From Phoronis australis (taxonomy: Eukaryota; Animalia; Phoronida), in contig NMRA01000896.1 in the NCBI GenBank assembly GCA_002633005.1, positions 43,270 to 107,269 of the forward strand: 64,000 nt of DNA, read 5' to 3'. The position numbers and the translations under genes are program-made. How positions within the stretch are numbered: the first letter of the stretch is position 1; each line of letters begins with the position of its first letter. The notes beneath the pieces were generated by a model. The model was given only the letters and a program-made list of their open reading frames with translations, was not told where the DNA came from and did not search any database. Of this stretch, positions 51,901-64,000 are shown in pieces.

Positions 51901-54900
51901 GGTATCTTGCAACACTCCAGGTTATAGAATGGAGTGCAAATAAAACATTTAATGCAAGATAGGTTGACAATGCTGTACCTAGTATCCCTGGGCACAGGCT
52001 TTGTCTGGTCACGTGTCTTCGGTATCATCAAAAAGCGAGCAGACTGCAGCCAATAGTTCCAGTGCCGCATGTGCTGGCAGCCGCTCGTGGAGACTGCTCT
52101 TGCAGGATAATAAATTCTTTCGAATAATTAAAAGTTTCTCAAGAATTATAAAGTTTCAACAAAGTAGATACGCCAAAGGAAGTTACAATGTGCAATACGA
52201 ATTCACTAAGAATGGTTGGAAATAGCTGAGGTTCATATATAAAACACTTGACCTGCTCAACTTGCCTTGGGATTTAATGTTGAGATAAACCAAATAGTAA
52301 CTGACGGGGAGATTTTTGTAAACGAATTTTTAAATAGGTGTAAAGATATGGAATACCAGCATTAGAATGGCGAACTGTTGGAGCAGACTAGTGTCCATGT
52401 ATACCGATTTTTAAAAATGATCCAATAATTCAATGCTATATAGTCGACGGTACATGTGTAAATATAAACAAACAGCATGATACAGTTGAGGAAACCTCTG
52501 TAAAAGTTTATTAAAATCTGATGAAACTGCGAATAAATTGTCACAATGTAAAATGTGTGCGCACGAGAACATAATTTCTCATATGTTACGGTATGTAATA
52601 TGAGCCCGTGGCCTTATTGCCTGAAATAAATTGATAATACTGTAAATATGTAAATACAAAATCCAACAAATTCGTTGTTTGTCAAAACAGAACAATTACT
52701 GAAACGATGCTCGCAGATTCTTGACGGGCAACATGGCACTGGGACTAATTTCCCGAATTTCATGCTTCGAGTTTAAGTGTATTTTGGTTTATTTTAGAGG
52801 TAGCTATTAAAGTTTACGAGTTAAACATAAAATCCAAAAATCAATGAAATCTTTGTTCATGATTGCCAGTACAAGTAATTTGAGCACTTGTCAGTTACAT
52901 ATGCACTCTGTGCACGGTCATCAAAAACCGACAGTCTGTTCGACATGTGCGAATTTCTCACTAACAAGTCGTGGCACTTGAAAGAAATAATATTGTTATG
53001 GTGCTTTGGAAAATGTATCGTCATTTTATCGTTATAAAACCAGCGGAAATATTCCTAGTGTGAAATTCGCTAGGAGTTTGTCATTAAGTTCTCCAAACTT
53101 CCGTGCTTTCGATTATCGATGGTGGTCTATCCTATCGTATTTTCCAACACAATCACTTATGGTTGTTTGGGCCGAATGTCTTGATACTATTGTGATTCGC
53201 ACGATCTTGATATGTGTTTCTTCGGTGAATTTGGAATCTTAAAGTGTTCCCCTCTTGAATAGTTGAAGGTTCTGGGTTGGATTTGCAGAGAAGCAAAGAG
53301 ACAATTGTTGGGGGCTGCCCCTCCTAGAATGGATCCCGTCTTAAAGGGAAACCCTTTAATATGGAAGGTTAATTCAAAATGGAAAAGAGTAACAGTTTTA
53401 ATTAAAATTCTATCATCGTGTGACCTCCAAGAAGTGACCTTCCTTAGCATAAAAAGTTGTACAATTTCACAAAAACAGCAAGATCAAGACACCTACTCCA
53501 TCGTCGGACCCTCTCTCGGCGAGTGGCCCCTAAGAAGTTATCTATAAAAACACAAAAAGGGTGGCCGCATGGACGCCATCAACGGTCCTCCTCCAAGTGC
53601 AACTGATACTATAGTTCAAGTTTTCAAGTTTTATCAAAATGATATACAATTTCGAGAAAAAATGAAAAATAGAGCAACGGAGGATTCCATTATCCCTTGC
53701 CAGAGAGGGGTCCCTGAAAAATATAGTTTTGCACTGTTCACTAAAATTATCTTCTTGAATTCAAAAATCCAGTGAATTAATATGTTTTGCAAACGATACA
53801 TACATGAATAATCAAGTACAAGATTTGAAGTGTGTTTAGACGATCCATGCTGCAAAAATTTATCTTACTACCATCAATATCCAAGCCAGGGTCCTCAAAG
53901 GGTAAATCACTAAAGCAGTGACAATTGACCAAGATTTTGAGTGACGGCTTAACTGACCAATCAGAACGCAGCATTCTTGACACACTTCATTTCCAGGCCT
54001 CCATTTTACCCGACAAACACGTTGCCGGGTAAAACTTATTGTTTGTTTGTCGACATTTCGCAAGGGTGCGGAGCTTGTGATAGGTCAATTGACAAATGCT
54101 CAAATCTTGAAATTTTTTCTTCGTGTTTCGCTGTCTTTCTTTTGTCGACCGACCCGGCCCTCGGACCCACGGCTATTGCCTTGTTTTAACCCTGACGCCT
54201 GCAAATTATAGGGGGAGGTGCGTCCCCCTCTTCCTATGGCAATGCACCAAGATTATATATGAATCATCGTGTGTTCTATTAACGTCATCTTCACAAATGT
54301 TCGCTGACTCAAATTATACGAAACTGCCGTTAAATAATGCAAGTAAAAAATCCACATCAGGCAATACCTTATGCGTGCCCATTGACCCCAAGTGGTATGC
54401 AAATTTGTCCCTTTCCATTGTCCCAGTCAACAGACAAACTCAACCGCTTCCTAAAGCAAAAGCTGGTGTTCGCGTAACTTGCAGCAGACTCACCGGATCA
54501 GGAGTAACTGTGGGGAAAATACAGAATTCTTGGTAACGATATCGACCGGGCTATGCAAATCGACAGATTGAATGGTGAAAAAGCACAGGTTTTGGGGACT
54601 GCAAATATCAAATAGGTAAGGTTTTGATTTGCAAAATTTAGTAGTTCCATTAAGTTTCTACCTACCGTTCGGCTTGTCTGTAAGTACTTATTTTACAGAC
54701 AGGTCACGTGTCTCTCCGAACTAAGGCATTCTGGATAATAAAGCCCGCTCAGGATTTTGCGTGTCCGTCAACTTTTGTCAAAATGATTTTGATGTAACTA
54801 GACACCATAATATATGATGGTGTGCGTCAGCACCAGGTGGACTCACCTTCCGTACAGCACTCATAATTGGTCATGTTAGTTCTTGACTAGATCTTGCTTT

Positions 54901-57900
54901 TACATTGAGTGTTGTGGAAACTGTTTGAAATTACCGAGTTCGTTGAAACTTGACGCCTGAGATGCACCGCCACCTGTCGATTATAGGACAGATTAGACTA
55001 CAGTAGCACCTCATCAGGCAAGACTCTGCTTCTCCGTTGACTCATTGTCAAAATGGTTTGACGGATATTTTGAAGGACATTGACAGAGGTGAATGGCTTG
55101 GATTATTTTCAGCGTTAATGTCATAATGGCCAAATAAGCCTTGATGTATTAGACGCAACTAATAAACACCTTAGAAACATACCATGAGAGCATTAAAGTG
55201 TGTTTCATTAGAATAAAAATCAAATTTTCAGGGTAAACTTACTTTTGTTTATTTATACAAAAAAGAACACCTGTCTGCCAAAATTTATAATTCAATGTTT
55301 TAATGAGTTATAGCATGTTTATCCATAACGGTAGAGTTAGGAATTTTTGCAATAAAATATGACTCGTTATTTTACTTTTTTACGTGATTCTTTCTAATCA
55401 AATTTCATACCCGCTCAGCTTTTCATCGAGTATTGTTTCCACTTCCATTGTTTTCAATTTCCATTCATGATCAACCAAAGTTAGGCTTATTTTTATCAAA
55501 TACGTTTGAACGCCTACTTCAATATTTTATACCCGTTGCTCCTTTGCCCGTTTCACTCGACTTGCTGAATGTCATTCAAATTTCGAACAGGAAGATTGAA
55601 TTAATATGTTGAATTTTTAAAATAATGGCACACACGTCCAAATGGGTTTCTGTTGTAACTTATAGCATTGTAAGTTTTGATTTATAAGCTTTAAAGTTGG
55701 TACAGTTGGCCCGTTGGGCTAGGGCCTTAATTGGGAGCGAAGTAACGTGATGTGAAGTTATGAACTGACCGTTACACCACGTTGTTATTATAGTGCTCCG
55801 TGACGCCAACTCAAAATATCACAATATCATTAATGGTAATTCAATTAGTCAACGACAACAACCTGTCTTTGTAGTGTGTGCACGTGTTCTGTTTACAAAG
55901 GAGATGACGGGATCTGAACATATTTGAAACCCTTATGAGACACTACTGAGCACAAACCACGTATAAATGAACCGAGACCAAATTATTTTTCCATGAACTA
56001 TGTTATTCACATCTTTTCTGTACATACGTAGGGTAAATACCCATTTTCTCATCGTGACAACGACACAGGCTCGATTTTGGGATTCCGTCTGCTGTTTGTT
56101 CACTAAAACACTTCTTTACCCTATATTCGTGCATTGAGGCCCATGCGCCTATATCCGAAAAAATGCGTTTTGTTCAAGAACGTTTTACTCAAATATTTCG
56201 TATATAGGCACATGCGCCTTTGCTTTGCTCGCAGGCACAGGCAGCCGTCTCTTGAACATGCGCCTATCTTATTGCCAACAATATAGTAAACTGATGCTGT
56301 AACGGGTTCAAAAATCACCCAGACAAAACATAAACGTGCCTTTTCATGCTTTTATCCGTAATTGTTATATCTATTTTTTAAAAATTGTGAATTTGCAAAA
56401 TTCAATAACAGATGCACTCCTATGGTTCTCTTAGTGCCCCCTCACGATAAAGGGGAATAACTTATTCCCGTGAGTGATTGTGTAATGAATGGGATTGTGA
56501 AAAACGAATGTCGATTGCATTGCATTGTATTACCATCGTTTGTATAAACGTCCTGTTAAAAAGCACCAAAAGGAGTCGTATAAGTATCACCCATGAACCT
56601 CTATTCTAGAGAAGAATTAGGTTAACTAAGTGCAATACAAGAGGCCGTGCAGTTTGTTATGACACTATATGCAAACTTGAAATAACTGGATAAAATGTTG
56701 TGGACATACTTAAAAATGTGTCCATGGCGATATGCACATCAAGGAATTATCAATGTCGATTTTCTAGTGCGCGCCTTTTTACAATACACTTATCAGCAAG
56801 AGATTTTAAACACGAGACATCGGATAACATGCAGACCAAAACAAAGTAAGTCTATATTATCGTGTCCCACGTAGCGCAGACGTTTGAAGGTTTGAAAAGC
56901 GAATGTTTAAGGATCTCTGCTAAAGGTAAAAATTTTCACATTTCGAAGCGAGTTCTAGGTCCATGATCTGGTATCTGAACTTGGACTCGACTCTGACTCA
57001 GGCGGCTTAAATTTAAGCAATCACGCTGCATGATTCGAGTATAAATATGTAATTTTTAACAAAAGGATCGCTCGGATAGATTTGTCTATGTGTTTGCTAT
57101 AGACGGGGATTGGTAATGTTTTTTTAGAATTACAGGTCGATATGTCCATGACAGTTGTAGAAAGCTGCTGCATCCATTTAATGAAGCGCAACATAGAACT
57201 CTGGCCCTGGAATGCCAACTCCGATTTCGCGGCCGCTGAGGATACGCCGCGCATGCGTCAGAATTGCCTGCACTTGTATGTACCGGTGTGTGCTACCGCA
57301 ATTGAATTTTATGTCATTAAAACCCTTTGAACCTCCGCCGGTTATCAACTGAATTGCATAAAAGCCATGTCGTTAGAAAGCCCTTTGTCAATTCTTGGTG
57401 ATTATACAAAAAGCAAAAGACGAATAATTTATTGCATAAGTAATTATCATTTCACATACCTGTCTGGTTTGAAAATATTTTTTTAATTCTGAAAACCAAG
57501 AGTGTTACCAAAATGCGAAAAATAACATAAAAACGTATATGAACCAGAGAGGTTATATAAATGACTACCGGTAGTTAAGTTATTAGGAAAACAATTTCAG
57601 TGATTGAGAAGATTTCTACCATATGAAAACAGAGCTTTTAGACTATGGATCCCTCACGTTTGCTTGCTGCAACATTCAAAGACGTACCAACGGTGTTTTT
57701 TGTCGATTGAAACGCTGTTTGGCATTTTGGGTGTTAAAACACCCAAAATGCCAAACAGCGTTTTCTGTTGNCGTTTTCTGTTGCTGTTTGGACAGTCGCC
57801 GAGGGCTGAGTGTCACAGACGTTGAGAACTATTTTGTGTTCGTTCCCCTGAACTTTAATCGGAACCATCATCAGCTGCACAGGCAGCTTAAGAAAGCCAA

Positions 57901-57910
57901 AATACAATGA

Positions 57911-57995
57911 CGCACGCACGCACGCATGCACGCACGCACGCATGCACGCACGCATGCACGCACGCATGCACGCACGCACACACACATACACACGC
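57911..57995 (+). repeat. (GCAC/GCAT)n then (CA)n microsatellite
   Basis: Direct reading. Confidence 0.9.
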
Positions 57996-58531
57996 AAGGC
58001 TATTTTCGCGGAGTTAGCACAACATATAGCACCAAGTAAGAGGCGCGTTGTTGTAGCATGATTCAAAGTGGTCATTTCGACACGCTATGAAGTTGGCCAG
58101 CAGGCCGACAAAAGTGTAGGCACTACTCATTAAGCCCGCCCTCTTGCGGCAAGTGCTGTTAACCAAAAACGTGTTTCTTTGACGGCCGATTTATTGCAGA
58201 TTTTGTCTTTCTAACTGAAACTTGTTTGTATATAGGCTATGTGCCTTGCTCCATTCGGGTACTTCACTTTCTACCTTTTCGTTGCAACCGATCAAAAGCT
58301 CAAATTTGGCCCAGTTAACATATTTGTGACCTACTTGAAGGGGTTAATTCAGAATATGGTGGCCATTTTGGAATTCCCGACTTTCGCCAACTGCTCGCGA
58401 ATCTTCTCACAGTCTTGGAGAAATAGCTAAAACCATCCCGTGAAAAGTTCCTTGATACTAAAACAGTGTTTCAAGACTTTGTTACAACAATGATAGCTCA
58501 TTGGTTACAGTAAGAAATACAAACTATTTTT

Positions 58532-59135
58532 AAGCGCCCAAATATTCATATGTGGTCTCATTATGCCGTCATCTCTGTCCGTCCGTCCGTCCGTCCGTCC
58601 ATCTGTCTGTCCGTCCCTTCGTCCGTCCATCTGTCTGTCCGTCCCTTCGTCCGTCTGTCCGTCCGGCGTCCGTCTGGCGTCCGCTGCTGTATCTCCAAAA
58701 CCCCCTGATGCATGTTCATGGAAATTTGCACATATGTTTCCTTTATGGGTGGAACGGCATGAACAAATTTTCGGACGGATCCGACTATTGGTATGCCCTC
58801 TAGTGGGAATTATAGTTTTTTAATCGTTAAAACCTTTGCCTCTGTATCTTTGGAGTTCCATATCGAATTTTCATGAAAGTTGGCAAAAAGGTATCTGTTA
58901 GGAAGATAATGCCACCTCCACATTTTCGAGGGGATTTGACGTATTTTGCTCCACCTAGAGGGCTTTTTTACCATTTTAGTGTTTTCGAGTCTGTTTACTG
59001 CCGTCCACTCCGCTAAAGGCCAAACCACTGATAATTGACATCTACTGGGAAGAGGACGTCTGACGATGAATTTCGGACGGCCCCAACTACTGTGTCTCCT
59101 TCTAGGGCGCTTTTTGGCCCATAAAACCTCCGCGG
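58532..59135 (+). mobile_element. Helentron-associated (HINE/DINE-1-like) non-autonomous element
   Basis: Starts after a T-run; short inverted repeats AAGCGCCC (58532) and GGGCGCTT (59105); (GTCY)n microsatellite at about 58575-58685. Confidence 0.5.
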
Positions 59136-59801
59136 GATGTTTGTTAAATTTGACGAGTGTATTTATAGGCAGAGATCGGGTGACTTCGCATTATAGTTTA
59201 CAAAATAGCCACATGGTTCGCATAACGGAAGTCAGCCTTTGGACTAATGTTAGAAACAAAGCTAAAACGGCTTTTCAGCATGTCAGTGAGCATTTCAATG
59301 TCGCATTTCTGGATTATATAAAGTCTATGTCATATTAAATAAGTGTCGTGGCATGAATTTGTTGTTTGTTTAATTCTAACTTACGTTTTAATTATTTCAA
59401 ATATAGCTACTCCAGTGCTGGTCACACTATTTTGATTTGTTTTCTTCTTGACGTTTCTACAGATGCACAACATCCTGTTCCGACTCCTGATGATACCTAT
59501 ATTAAGCAGTTTTCACTAATAAAACCAAAAGTCCTTTTCCCTGATGAAAGTAACTATTTGGAACTCCATCCAAAGTACATCTTCTCGTCACATTTGTTTA
59601 AAAAGTTTTGCTTACTTGTCTTCTATAGAGGTCAGTAACCTTACTGCATTGCTTTGAGTTAAACATACCAGTGAAGAATAATCCCCCCATCCTTGGCACC
59701 AACCGCTATTGTCTAACTCGGAAGTCATGTTGGTTCAGTTCAAGGGACTCCCTGTTTTGGTCAGGTTATTATTTGGCAGGCATTCTGATTGGTCTACTGT
59801 T

Positions 59802-59871
59802 CATGGGCGGCGCAGCACTGAAAAAAGTGGGGAGCTACAGCCCCCCAGCCCCCTAGGGTACGCCGCCCATG
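59802..59871. mobile_element. 70-bp MITE with 11-bp TIR CATGGGCGGCG
   Basis: Perfect TIR; flanks ctgtt and ctgtg match at 4 of 5 bases. Confidence 0.7.
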
Positions 59872-60037
59872 CTGTGTGCTATTTAGTTCATGTTCTCATT
59901 GCCGCTGCCTGTACATCAATTAGAGTGAAATCTCGAACCACTTTGAATTTTCCATATAACCTAAAATCTACATCGATCAGTTGAAAAATGTCATCTACAG
60001 CATTAGAATTTAAGTGCATTTCATCATGGAAAAAGTG

Positions 60038-60440
60038 AGTGGCCCAATATTATGCATGGTGACATTTACAATTAATTGATAGAAGCGAAAGCAGTTGATG
60101 GACAGCCAATGGAAAACTTTAAAAGTTTGGAATCATTCAAGTACTTCCAGAGTGGCTGCGATGATAAGATTTTACACTATAATTTGAACAAGGACACAAT
60201 GATTATTAAGTGTAATGTAAGACCATCTCAGAACATCAACACTGAGTGGAACTCGGTCTGCATATTGAAAGCATTGAATAGTGGTGAAATATTATCTTGC
60301 AGTTGCAAATGTATATGTCAGGTTTAGGAAAGACAAGCAGCTACAATGGTGCTGTCTTGTGGAAAATTGAACATGCTATCAAAATAGGGATGACCGGTGC
60401 TAGCTGCACTGTCATGTCTACCAATTGAAATAAGGGAATG
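60038..60440 (+). pseudogene. Degenerate SWIM zinc-finger ORF of the type found with a YqaJ nuclease in ISL2EU/Harbinger-related transposons
   Basis: WPNIMHGDIYN*LI...FKSLESFKYFQSG...VRPSQ...GEILSCSCKC, frameshift, GLGK...AVLWKIEHA...SCT. Confidence 0.65.
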
Positions 60441-63400
60441 AAGCAGAATGTAGAACCAAAAACATAGTATTATTGAAGACCGTGGTAATGCCAGGGTCAT
60501 GTTGTCGTCTCAACAGGCATTCCAGGAACACTGTAACAAGTCACCCTCGTGTTCCCTGATTCGGTTAAAAGGGACAGTTTGTCAGATAAAAAAATAGTTC
60601 TTGCAGCCATTACTGTTCTGCAAAGTGATTTTGACTTGTGGAAGGACTCCAGGAAAATCAAAATAACCGGAAGGGTTGCACATTAAGTTCCTGTGAGGGT
60701 AACCACCGGCGCCATGAACGTTTTACGTTAACACTGCCATCCTAGTTTTACAGGCAACTTTTTTAACAAAGTACGCGAGTCTGAAGTTTAAGCATTGGAC
60801 TCAGCCTCAGCATGTCACGCACTATTTTACTCGATGGAATCTCAGTTGTTCTTTCAGAAATGGTTAGCAGCAAGCCCCTGATGGGATTCTAAATGGGGAT
60901 ACATTGTTGGAAATGCCACGGTCTAACTTCATGGTCTACCTTACACGAACTCGTATCATCCAATATATATGATTTTGTGTTCAACAATGATGCTGCTACC
61001 CGTTTTTATTAATAAGGTGATGACACGTTTTCGTTTTCAGATGGATTTAACTTAGTGTGCGCCTCCCATTGGCTGCTTTTATGTTTGAGTCCGTTTTCGG
61101 CGTCCAATTCTCTATCGGCCAAAGAATCTAAGAATCGTTGTGAATTGGTAAAATGTGTTCCTACTGGGAAGAGCATGGTTGACGGTGTTTGGATAGTTTT
61201 ACTACTGTGGCAGTGTGGCGTAATCTAGTGGCAGTTTGTTTTTTTTTTGCATCCGCAGCTTGTTCGTCCTGCAGGATCTTTGTGACATTTCACAAATGTA
61301 TTTACATGAACGTGACAACAGATGGCGACTTTTAGACGAGTCATTGCTTCATTTAGAGTAGTGGGCTGCTATCAACGCTCTGCGTTGCTCTTGTTTAAGT
61401 GCGTGTGGTGAAACTCTTCATCAAAATCTGCCTCTTTTTGACCCTTGCCTTGGTCCCGTGACCGACGGAAGTCCTTACACTCTCTGGCTTCGATATACCA
61501 CATGCTTACTCAGAAATGCTTAAACACAAATGCAAAATATTAACATGATTTTCTGGCCAGTGACGTCTTATTAGAGTAAAAATTATCCACGCACTTAGTT
61601 ACCTGCGCCTAATGACCAATTTTTAAAAGCTGCAACGCCTGGTTGACATTCTAATGCCAAAATGAGGCTTGAGTAACATAACATTGATCTCGTCTGGCTA
61701 GCCCTGCCGCTCGAGTCATGAGTACCTTAACAGGTGCGTAAGAATCTAAATTGTATTATCAAATTCCTTCCTATCGCTGCTTTCGATCTCCCCCCAAATC
61801 GTCGGTGATTTCATACGTTCATAGGTGTGCAGGTTCAGCCGCTTGGGGGCAAGCCAGGGGAAGGTACGACCAGAAATTTTGCTACCTTTGTTTTAACAAA
61901 AGGTCACGAGAGCGAATCCCTTTTCGTATCTGAAAAGGTTACGCGACTAATGCGTTTATGACAGGATTTTGACTTTGTGGTTTCTCTATATGAAATACGC
62001 ATTATTAGTATGCCAAAAGAGACGCACAGACAATGACATTTTAGGGAGTGCAAGAGTAATGTAAAAAGCTTCTACCGTAGGCAGCAAAATCTGGTTAAGT
62101 ATCGGGAGAATTAACATATCCTCTGAATTGAATAGACAACACACTGTCTCTTAAAGTAGAACTTGCTCTGTGATTGCTTGATCAACTTAGAAACACAACA
62201 TATAGCGACTACGTGGATATGAAGTAGGTTGAAAATTGTCAAATATTAAGAACGAGTTTTGTGTAGAAAATGATCCGCCGTAAATCACTCAACCGTCTCC
62301 AGTAAGTATCATGACGTGTTATTGGGGAATTACATTGCCCGATGCAGTTACGTGAGCTCCCAAGGTAGGTTATTAATACAAAAGTCAGCTATTTCCATAA
62401 TTTTTGTTTTCACATATACAAGTTGTCTTTGAAAACAATTACAATTTGTTTAGCGTAGATGACGTTCATACAACATTGTCGTTTTTTCCTGCTATACGTT
62501 AGCATAGATAGCAGCACGCAAATACATCTTCAAAGTTCGATTTAAGTTGGGCATAATTTGGGGAGTGAAAGTGAAAACCAAGGGCACGTGCGCTTTTTGT
62601 TCCCGTAAAAGCGCCCCAAGAACTATTTCTGGAACAAAGATTTTTTCAATTCATTTTCTGTTCCCGAAAAAGTGCCCACGGACGCTATTTTTTTCTGAAA
62701 ACGCCTATGGGTGAAATGCACTGATAGGGGCTTTATCAGAAATCCCCGCTAAGCGCGACCGTGTGTCAAGAACGTGGCGTTGTTGACTGACGTTTCTTTG
62801 TTGAAAAAGCGAGTGTGGGAGTAAATTTGCATTTTTTTAATGATTTGTGACGCTGGACAAGGCAAGTGTCAGTCAATGCAATAATTAAATAAAATCGGAC
62901 TTGGCGTTCTACGGTGACATAAATTTTCATGCTGAGTTGACCGCAAACAGAATTTTAGGGATTGAACGAGCACCCTTTCTAGCGCGATTCCTAGCTATAC
63001 AGCTCCCGGATCAGAGAATATAGCCGACTCACTATTCGGATAAGTTCTTGCAGCCACTAAATTTGTTGTTTGTCAACGGAAAACAAAAAATGAGAGTCGT
63101 AAGAACAACACAGTTACGACTGAGATCTTCGGCCAACACAATTTCAGTTCCCTCGTTTACTGTGGAACCGTTTCTTCTCATGTCTGAAAGATTAAAATGT
63201 CACCAAAAGCATGACCATAAATGATATTTTAACTACAATGTAAAATTATACATTGGAAATTGTTTTTGGCCGGCTAATTTGGTAAATAAACTTCAGTTTG
63301 GGTTGGCCATTGGAATGTAAATAACCACTCATGGTGTTCAAGCCTTGTTTCAGAAAGATATTAATATTCACGAATTCTCGTAAAAAAGAATAATGAAATT

Positions 63401-64000
63401 TGTTAGGCAATTTATTAACCTTTCAGAAAATACTTTGTAGGGGTTAGAGCTAACAGAATTTAAAATATTTGCACGTAAGTACAACCTGGTAAACAAAGTT
63501 ACCAGTATTAAAGTGGCTTTTGCTTGTCTAAGGCTGCGTCACGTGATCGAGTGGGCGGAGCGAGAGCCAGTTTAGCTACTGGTCAATGTCTGTAATCAGA
63601 AACAAAATAAAAAGCTAAACTCTGACGTCATGCTGATTGTATCTGTAACTAGCATTAACGTTTGCTCTATGTTCGCATCTGAGACAGTGATACTTTGAGA
63701 TTCTAAAAACATGCTATCATAGTCTTATCATACTCCGGAAAGGTCACAATCTAAATCTCAACTGATGATTACATTTATAACGCTTTGAGAGTATCTGTTT
63801 TTGCCTTCTTAATTGAAACCATGTTCCTTGATAACGTAATGGTTCGAACAGAAGATGGGACTACCGTCCGTAAAGCGAATGTTTCGCACGTTTGACGAGA
63901 TCACGTATACTCGAGATTTTGCCTTGCATTACAAGCGAAGCACGTGATCGCATTAGCTTTCACTCGCAACGAAGTCGATTCACAGCTGCCGCGAATTGAT

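Noticed and set aside
54494-54507. Possible 14-nt micro-exon on the minus strand (cacag|TTACTCCTGATCCG|gtgagt)
   Set aside because: No partner exons could be identified, and such signals arise by chance.

Overview
AT-rich, intron-containing eukaryotic DNA, consistent with an invertebrate animal genome; there are no prokaryotic features. Three spliced protein-coding genes can be built with GT-AG boundaries and matching phases. Two are tandem paralogues (3220-12687 and 23228-36361, + strand, 3 exons each) of a 117-aa GPI-anchored Ly6/uPAR three-finger (quiver/sleepless-like) protein. They lie in a roughly 12-16 kb segmental duplication, and their coding differences are mostly non-synonymous. 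The third (48809-42562, - strand, 3 exons, about 1064 aa) is an unrecognised protein with an N-terminal membrane anchor, a long disordered body, three SxIP motifs and a repeated amphipathic helix. Introns and intergenic DNA carry many mobile-element remains: a 5'-truncated Penelope-like retroelement with a minimal hammerhead-like motif, a Kolobok-like element, THAP and SWIM-domain transposon pseudogenes, tRNA-derived SINEs and several MITE families. Some MITE target-site duplications are confirmed by empty sites in the paralogous copy. Two assembly gaps are present (7717-7740 and 29344-29535). All alignments and counts were done by eye.
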